Assembly: GCA_041678665.1 (NCBI GenBank)
Contig: JBAYNU010000002.1
Coordinates: 5,039 to 69,038, forward strand
From: Candidatus Magasanikiibacteriota bacterium
Lineage (GTDB): Bacteria; Patescibacteriota; Patescibacteriia; Magasanikbacterales; GWA2-37-8
DNA: 64,000 nucleotides
Direction: 5' to 3'
In this document: piece by piece, positions 58,173 to 64,000 of the stretch
Layout of the letters: every line of letters begins with the position of its first letter
Position numbering within the stretch: the first letter of the stretch is position 1
Notes under the pieces: model-generated
Told to the model about the DNA's origin: nothing
Seen by the model: only the letters and a program-made list of their open reading frames with translations
The model's database searches: none
Made by a program: the position numbers and the translations under genes

Positions 58173-59021
58173 TCAAATCATGTTAGTAAACAACCTTTTA
58201 GCATTTTCGTCGGCCATTTTTACTACTTCCTCCATGCCCAGACCTTTCAACTCAGCAATCTCTTTTGCCACTTCTTTTACCATCCACGGCTCACAACGCT
58301 CGCCACGATATTTTTGCGGTGCGAGATAGGGCGCGTCAGTTTCAATCAAAATTCTGTCTAACGGACATTTGTTTACTACCTCCAATAAATCCTCGGTTGG
58401 CTTAGGGTTGGTTTTACGGGCAGGAAAAGTGATCACACCGGTAAAGCCAATATAAAATCCCATGTCTAAAAATTGTTGAGCTTGCTGCCAATTGCCGGAG
58501 AAGCAGTGAATTGTAGCTTTTAGCTTATAGCTTTTAGGTGTTAGGTTTTGTAATACGCTGATTGTTTCATTATAGGCATCTCTGATATGGATGACCAACG
58601 GCAAATCATGTTTGCGCGCAAAATTAATCTGCTGTAAAAAAATCCCAGTTTGTTTTTTGAGGATTTCTTCTTTATCCGCCTCTGGCGGTAAATGAAAAAG
58701 CTCAATGCCGCATTCCCCTACCGCGATCACCTTTTTTGACTTAGCCAATTCATCATAATACGCTTCATCAAAATCTTCTTCGCGCGACTTAAAAATTATT
58801 TCTTCTTCATCAACTTCGGTGGAAGTAATGTGAATGGGGTGAAGCCCGATAGTCGCGTACAATCCGTCATATTTTTCCGCCAACTCCACCGCCGCCTTGC
58901 TGGTATCTTTTTGTGTACCTACAATATTACATTGCACACCTTTTTCTAGACAACGTTTAATCACGACCTCGCGATCGTCTTTATAGGCATTGAATTGTAA
59001 GTGACAATGAGAATCAATCAT
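58173..59021 (-). CDS. TatD family metal-dependent hydrolase/DNase
   Basis: IDSHCHL N-terminal motif, TIM-barrel metal ligands. Confidence 0.85.
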   Translation of the reverse strand: MIDSHCHLQFNAYKDDREVVIKRCLEKGVQCNIVGTQKDTSKAAVELAEKYDGLYATIGLHPIHITSTEVDEEEIIFKSREEDFDEAYYDELAKSKKVIAVGECGIELFHLPPEADKEEILKKQTGIFLQQINFARKHDLPLVIHIRDAYNETISVLQNLTPKSYKLKATIHCFSGNWQQAQQFLDMGFYIGFTGVITFPARKTNPKPTEDLLEVVNKCPLDRILIETDAPYLAPQKYRGERCEPWMVKEVAKEIAELKGLGMEEVVKMADENAKRLFTNMI

Positions 59022-59038
59022 AAAAATAGCTTATAATT

Positions 59039-60157
59039 TTAGATATCAGATTGTAACATGCTGATTGTCAAGGTGTTAAAATTATCAAAATTATACCCAT
59101 TAAGTCGACTACTGGCAACCCACGTTTCAAAAAACTTATTAGAAATTGACGAAGTCATGAGTTGGGGTTGACTTAAAATGGATTGGAGAAAATAAATATG
59201 TGCAAACAATGATGATGAGTTCGCTGTTTCTTTATTCGAAACCGTAACTGGCAAAAACGACAGTTCAATCGCCAGCCCTTGCTGAGTTTCTTTGGAAAAA
59301 TATTGATCAAATACAAAATTACCGAGCGAATAAAAAATTGGACGATTCTTATAAATTTCCATTTCCTGTACCACGTGCGGATGATGCCCGATAATAACAT
59401 CCGCACCGGCATCAATCATTAGATGAGCGATCGCTCGCTGACGAATGTTAGAAATTGTTTTGTACTCCTCACCCCAATGAATATTAACAATTACTTTATC
59501 CGACTGCTCGACCGCTTTTTTAACTATCGCTTCTATTTTTTTATTTTCTAAACGAAAATAAGTATCATTCAAACCAACAAAAGCTAGTTTAATTCCGTTG
59601 ATTTCTTTAATTTTTATCGCTTCATCGCTGATACCGTAGCCATCACCGTAAAAATCGATACCCGCAGCCGCTAAATTTTGGGCGCTTTCTTTTAGCCCGG
59701 CACTACCCATATCCAAACTGTGATTATTGGCCACCGTAAAAATATTAAAATTATATTTTTGTAATGTTGGAATCAGCGCCGGATCAAATCGAAAAGCAAT
59801 CTCTTTGGTAGTTGATCGGCGTTTATCGGCAAAAGGACCTTCTAGGTTGGCGTGGACAATATTCGATGTAAATAAAGTGCTCGATGTTTCGTCGTATAAT
59901 TTTTGAAAAATCCAGTCCGCACCATTTTTATCAATTTGTTTTTTAACATTACGATCAAGCATCATATCGCCAAAAAACGTTAATTTAATCGTGTCAGTGG
60001 CAATAACTTGCCCTTGATCTTCGTAAATAACTTTGGAAGGTAGGTCTCCCAACACCAAAGGTGTTAATATGACGCCATTTTGGCTATCACCAAAAACCAC
60101 CGGCCCACAGCCGGTGATAAATAATAAACCAAAAATTATTAAAACAAATTTTTTCAT
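59039..60157 (-). CDS. CapA/PgsA-type metallophosphatase lipoprotein (poly-gamma-glutamate/capsule synthesis family)
   Basis: lipobox ITGCG, GDMM, VANNHSLD (GNHD/E-type) metallophosphatase motifs. Confidence 0.65.
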   Translation of the reverse strand: MKKFVLIIFGLLFITGCGPVVFGDSQNGVILTPLVLGDLPSKVIYEDQGQVIATDTIKLTFFGDMMLDRNVKKQIDKNGADWIFQKLYDETSSTLFTSNIVHANLEGPFADKRRSTTKEIAFRFDPALIPTLQKYNFNIFTVANNHSLDMGSAGLKESAQNLAAAGIDFYGDGYGISDEAIKIKEINGIKLAFVGLNDTYFRLENKKIEAIVKKAVEQSDKVIVNIHWGEEYKTISNIRQRAIAHLMIDAGADVIIGHHPHVVQEMEIYKNRPIFYSLGNFVFDQYFSKETQQGLAIELSFLPVTVSNKETANSSSLFAHIYFLQSILSQPQLMTSSISNKFFETWVASSRLNGYNFDNFNTLTISMLQSDI

Positions 60158-60176
60158 AAAATTTTAATTCTCCCGT

Positions 60177-60701
60177 TTAGATCAATCCTTCAATCGTGCT
60201 ACGCAGGGCCTTGAGCGCCTCGGGGATTAAAGGCAAAAATACTCCGGCCAAAGTTACTGTGTGAGGCACAATCACTGAATTAGCAACCCAACCCATAAAA
60301 GTTTCACCTACTGGAAAACGCGCGATAAAATAAAAAATCACACCCAAAGTCAAGGCGCCCTCCACTGCTCCAAACACGAAACCGGTTAACCGATCCAACC
60401 CGCGAATAATCGGCAAATGCGTAATGGCCGTGAGCGCTTTATTGATAAACCAAAAAATTAACACTACTAGACGATTGATGACAATAAAAGAAATTACAAA
60501 AATTATAACTTTGGAAATGTTGGGCTGCCAGCCAGTAACGGCGATGAGCCAATTGGCCCCCACATCATAATAACGCACAGCCAAATATACCGACGCTATC
60601 ATACCCACGAGTGAAATTATCACGTAAACGATGCCACGCCACAAACCATAAAGACCAAATGCGGCGATGATGACGATAAGCGCGATGTCAAAGGGGGTCA
60701 T
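60177..60701 (-). CDS. cvpA: CvpA family membrane protein
   Basis: 174 aa, 4 TM, N-terminal FDIALIVIIAAFGLYGLWRG. Confidence 0.7.
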   Translation of the reverse strand: MTPFDIALIVIIAAFGLYGLWRGIVYVIISLVGMIASVYLAVRYYDVGANWLIAVTGWQPNISKVIIFVISFIVINRLVVLIFWFINKALTAITHLPIIRGLDRLTGFVFGAVEGALTLGVIFYFIARFPVGETFMGWVANSVIVPHTVTLAGVFLPLIPEALKALRSTIEGLI

Positions 60702-60752
60702 ATGTTAAGGATTAAGGAATAAAGAGTAAGGAATAAATTATTTAGTCCACTA

Positions 60753-62276
60753 CTATCCCAGCCGAGGAAATAATGCCTCAGATTTTTTGATTTTTGTTCC
60801 CGGCTTCAATCCGCCCCATTTGGTCGCGCCTTCCCAATCAAATTTTTTCCAGTCAACTTTTATACCAAACTGCGAGAGAATCTTTTCGGCGGTAGTAGGC
60901 ATGATCGGAAGCAGAGCAACGCCGATGTGACGAAGGGCTTCGGCTAATTGATAAAGCAGACCGGAAATGTCTTCGCCTTTTTTGGCTTTTTCCCAGGGTT
61001 TTTGTTCGGAAATCAAATGGTCTGCGATAGCCACGATGCCACCAATCATATTTATCACTTGACCAAAATTATAATTATCTACCAACGAAGGTAGTTTCTT
61101 CCAAAAATCAGTAGTCCAATCAATGGTAATTAAATACTTCTTATTCTCCGGAATCTCTCCATCGCAATAATTCTCCAACATGGTTAAAATCCGCGAATTT
61201 AAATTCCCAATCCCATTCGCCAAATGCGCACCGTAAAATTCTTTAAATTTTTCATCGGTAACATCGCCATCATCATAGGCGGGCAAAGCTCCAAGTAAAT
61301 AATATCTCAAAGAATCGGTGCCAAACTTTTGCACCATTTCAAACGGATCAATTACATTGCCCAGCGACTTACTCATTTTTTGCCCACCAGAAGTAATAAA
61401 TCCGTGAATAAAAACTTGTTTTGAAGGCGGCAAGCCGGCCGACATTAACATCGCCTGCCACATTGCGCTTTGCTGACGAAGATTATCTTTACCGGCCACT
61501 TGATATCCGGGCCAAAATTCTTTAAATTTCTTGCCCTTAGGCCAGCCGAGAGTAGAAATATAATTTACCAAAGCATCAAACCATACATACATCACCTGAT
61601 CTTCATCGCCCGGCACCGGAATTCCCCATGGCATTTTAGATTTAAGGCGCGAAACAGAAAAATCTTGCAGACCACTAGCAACAAAATTACGAATTTCTAG
61701 CTGGCGATTTTTTGGCACCACAAAATCCGGATTCTTGTCATATAAATCCAACAATGATTGCTGGTATTTGGAAAATCGAAAAAAATAATTTTCTTCATCA
61801 ATCAACTCTAATTCCAAATTCGGATGCACCGGACATCTGCCATCCACTAATTCGGAATCAGTTTTTTCTAATTCGCACCCCACACAATATTTAACCTGAT
61901 ATTTCTTTTTATAAATATCACCATTTTTTTCGCATAGTTTCCAAAATTCCTGCGCCGCCTTCATGTGGTCGGGATCGGTAGTGCGAATAAATTTGTTATA
62001 ACTTAAATTAAGCGCTTGTTTTAAAGCATCAAACTTGCCGGCGTATTCATCACAATACGCCTGCGGATCTTTGCCTTCTTCTTGCGCTTTGCGATAAATC
62101 TTGATCCCATGTTCATCGGTGCCGGTATTAAAAATCACCTCATCGCCTTTTAGCATGTGATACCGCGCCAAAACATCGGCCTGAATAATTTCCAAAGCAA
62201 ACCCAATATGCGGTTTGGCATTCACATATGGCAAGGTAGTGGTGAGGTAATATTTCGACATAAAATCAAATCTCAA
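60753..62276 (-). CDS. metG: methionyl-tRNA synthetase (short form)
   Basis: HIGF (HIGH-type) and KMSKS motifs, CxxC zinc knuckle. Confidence 0.9.
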   Translation of the reverse strand: MRFDFMSKYYLTTTLPYVNAKPHIGFALEIIQADVLARYHMLKGDEVIFNTGTDEHGIKIYRKAQEEGKDPQAYCDEYAGKFDALKQALNLSYNKFIRTTDPDHMKAAQEFWKLCEKNGDIYKKKYQVKYCVGCELEKTDSELVDGRCPVHPNLELELIDEENYFFRFSKYQQSLLDLYDKNPDFVVPKNRQLEIRNFVASGLQDFSVSRLKSKMPWGIPVPGDEDQVMYVWFDALVNYISTLGWPKGKKFKEFWPGYQVAGKDNLRQQSAMWQAMLMSAGLPPSKQVFIHGFITSGGQKMSKSLGNVIDPFEMVQKFGTDSLRYYLLGALPAYDDGDVTDEKFKEFYGAHLANGIGNLNSRILTMLENYCDGEIPENKKYLITIDWTTDFWKKLPSLVDNYNFGQVINMIGGIVAIADHLISEQKPWEKAKKGEDISGLLYQLAEALRHIGVALLPIMPTTAEKILSQFGIKVDWKKFDWEGATKWGGLKPGTKIKKSEALFPRLG

Positions 62277-62331
62277 AAATCAAAAATTCTAATTTTTTAA
62301 TGTTTAATTTTTATTGAACAAACAATAAATT

Positions 62332-63357
62332 TTATATTTCCTCGCCGTCCTCTACGTCATCACCATCCAAAAAATCATTGTCATCACTTCTTAAGTTGGG
62401 CAAATAACCCATACCGGAATCGGCCAGAATTAGTTTTTTAATTTTTTCGACATATCTACCGTTTCTGTCCCCTTTTAAAAAATAAAAATTCTCGTTCAAT
62501 TGATCGGCTTGACCTAAAATAAACTCTAAATAGTTGATTTTATCCGTGATAAATTCATCATCGGTTTGGTTTTTTGCCTGACGATATTCTGCTAATATAT
62601 TTTGCATTTCTTTTTTAGCCACTTCTCTATCTCGATTAATTTTTTCACTTTTTTTAGAACTGTCGCCCCAAACGCTTCTTCTAAGATCACTAATTCTTCT
62701 GGGGAAATTAGGAAATTCTTTAATTAAGTCACTCTCTACAATATTATTGTATATTTGACTAATTCTCGAAGGATCCAGCTGGTGATCCGTTAATTTTTTA
62801 TTAAATAATTGACCGACTATTTCTTCAGCGGTAAAACCAATTGTAATACCCAAAATAATTATTTTAAAAATTTCTCTATCTTGACCATCTTTAATTTTAG
62901 CTAAAATACGCGATAAATCATGCCAAGCCTCAACATTTCCAAAATTATTATCATCCAACGGTATTTCCGGAACTGCATCTCGATTATCTTCGCCATTACC
63001 TTCTTGATTGGAAGAAAAAGAAATCTCTCTCAATTTCGGCCGCTTAGACTCATTGCGAAAAATATCAACAATCTTATTATGATAAACTGTCCTACGAAGC
63101 GAACTACTATTTAGAAAAAAATTAAGCCAGTCTAAATCATTACAACCAATCATAAATTCCTCAATATCTCCCCTGGTCTCTTCAATCATATAGTCAACTC
63201 CACTGGTATAATTCATGCTAAAATTAAATGATGTTAAGATATTCTTCATCATCTGCGCTTCTTTTTCTGAAAACAAAATCTTATGAATTTTATTTAATAA
63301 CTCTTCTTTGTTCCCCTCTAATTTATTCTCTGGATTATATTTTCCAACCTCGTTCAT
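62332..63357 (-). CDS. hypothetical acidic protein with possible HTH segment
   Basis: 341 aa, D/E-rich C-terminus, segment DREIFKIIILGITIGFTAEEIVGQLF resembles a sigma-70 region-4-type HTH. Confidence 0.4.
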   Translation of the reverse strand: MNEVGKYNPENKLEGNKEELLNKIHKILFSEKEAQMMKNILTSFNFSMNYTSGVDYMIEETRGDIEEFMIGCNDLDWLNFFLNSSSLRRTVYHNKIVDIFRNESKRPKLREISFSSNQEGNGEDNRDAVPEIPLDDNNFGNVEAWHDLSRILAKIKDGQDREIFKIIILGITIGFTAEEIVGQLFNKKLTDHQLDPSRISQIYNNIVESDLIKEFPNFPRRISDLRRSVWGDSSKKSEKINRDREVAKKEMQNILAEYRQAKNQTDDEFITDKINYLEFILGQADQLNENFYFLKGDRNGRYVEKIKKLILADSGMGYLPNLRSDDNDFLDGDDVEDGEEI

Positions 63358-63360
63358 ATA

Positions 63361-64000
63361 TTAATTAATTACTACCACAAACTCTCCTCTTTCGTCGATT
63401 GGTTGTTCCAAAATTTCGGAAATGGTGCCACGGTAAATGGTTTCAAACATTTTGGTGAGTTCGCGCGCGACCACTAGCTCGCGTTTGGAATCCAAAACTT
63501 GTGATAACTCTTGCAAACATTTGGTAATACGGTGACCCGATTCATAAAAAACCACAGTATGTTTTTGTTCGGTGACTTCTTTGAAAAACTTCTGGCGTTT
63601 ATTTTTGTGAGGCGGGAAACCCATGAAGACAAATTTGTCGGTGGGAAAGCCGGAAATGGACAGAGCCGTGATGAGCGCGCAAGGGCCTGGGATGGGGATA
63701 AAATTGTTAAATTGTTGAATTGTTAAATTGTTAATTAGTAAATTTCCAGGGTCACTTATTCCTGGGGTGCCGGCGTCGGTCACTAGCGCCAAATTTTTGC
63801 CTTCGGCTAATAAATTTTTAATTTCACGAATTTTTTTGCCATCACTATGATGGTGATAACTGATAAGCGGTTTCTTGATACTGTAATGCGCGAGCAGCTT
63901 ACCACCCTCGCGCGTATCCTCGCACAAAACCAAATCTACACTTTTTAAAACTTCTAAAGCGCGCAAAGTGATGTCGCCGAAATTACCAATAGGCGTGGCA
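63361..64000 (-). CDS. rsmI: 16S rRNA (cytidine1402-2'-O)-methyltransferase RsmI, N-terminus beyond window end
   Basis: tetrapyrrole-methylase fold motifs (ATPIGNFGDITLRALEVL continues into the last bases of the window); contains an AATTGTTAA repeat tract encoding NLLINNLTIQQFNN. Confidence 0.8.
   Translation of the reverse strand, partial: ATPIGNFGDITLRALEVLKSVDLVLCEDTREGGKLLAHYSIKKPLISYHHHSDGKKIREIKNLLAEGKNLALVTDAGTPGISDPGNLLINNLTIQQFNNFIPIPGPCALITALSISGFPTDKFVFMGFPPHKNKRQKFFKEVTEQKHTVVFYESGHRITKCLQELSQVLDSKRELVVARELTKMFETIYRGTISEILEQPIDERGEFVVVIN

Overview
This is a 64 kb chromosomal segment from an AT-rich bacterium with small, tightly packed genes. The compact proteins, an rpoA with no alpha-CTD, four-helix-bundle IVS-type genes and very short intergenic regions are compatible with a Candidate Phyla Radiation / Parcubacteria-like genome; that placement is inference. 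The content is mostly core: the alaS 3' end, a ribosomal alpha-operon block (infA-rpmJ-rpsM-rpsK-rpsD-rpoA-rplQ, then rplM-rpsI), glycan/envelope genes (flippase, GT4, GT2, O-antigen-ligase-like, TagA-like), greA, lysS, serS, gltX, metG, alr, ddl, xerD, clpB behind a CIRCE-like operator, fmt/def, mreBCD-pbp2, a UvrD-type helicase fused to a Cas4/RecB-like nuclease, an MsbA-like ABC exporter, and a complete F1Fo ATP synthase operon on the minus strand. No rRNA, tRNA or CRISPR was found. The most unusual signal is at least three families of short dispersed palindromic repeats. The main family (TTGTCATYCTGAGG ... CCTCAGRATGACAA, about 60-100 bp) has at least 7 copies. Several sit in-frame inside essential genes: one in gltX and three in uvrD, each read as ...PQNDN..., plus a variant in fmt. 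Others sit between cistrons of the atp operon. This resembles Rickettsia palindromic elements. Other notable points are two foreign-looking genes inside the atp operon, one of them a four-helix-bundle gene flanked by inverted repeats with a solo repeat site elsewhere in the operon. There is a GC-rich island ORF bracketed by two intrinsic terminators. Three NUDIX domains occur in the window, two as unusual fusions (Ham1-NUDIX and VanX-NUDIX), within a D-Ala metabolism neighbourhood. A GC-rich structured segment ending in a strong terminator lies after xerD and is a candidate ncRNA. A GC-rich triple-hairpin intergenic element lies at 32.2 kb. Two adjacent small Cys-containing secreted-protein genes carry an identical duplicated terminator. 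A very Cys-rich 42-aa peptide reading frame lies just upstream of the ABC exporter and competes with the listed 74-aa ORF.
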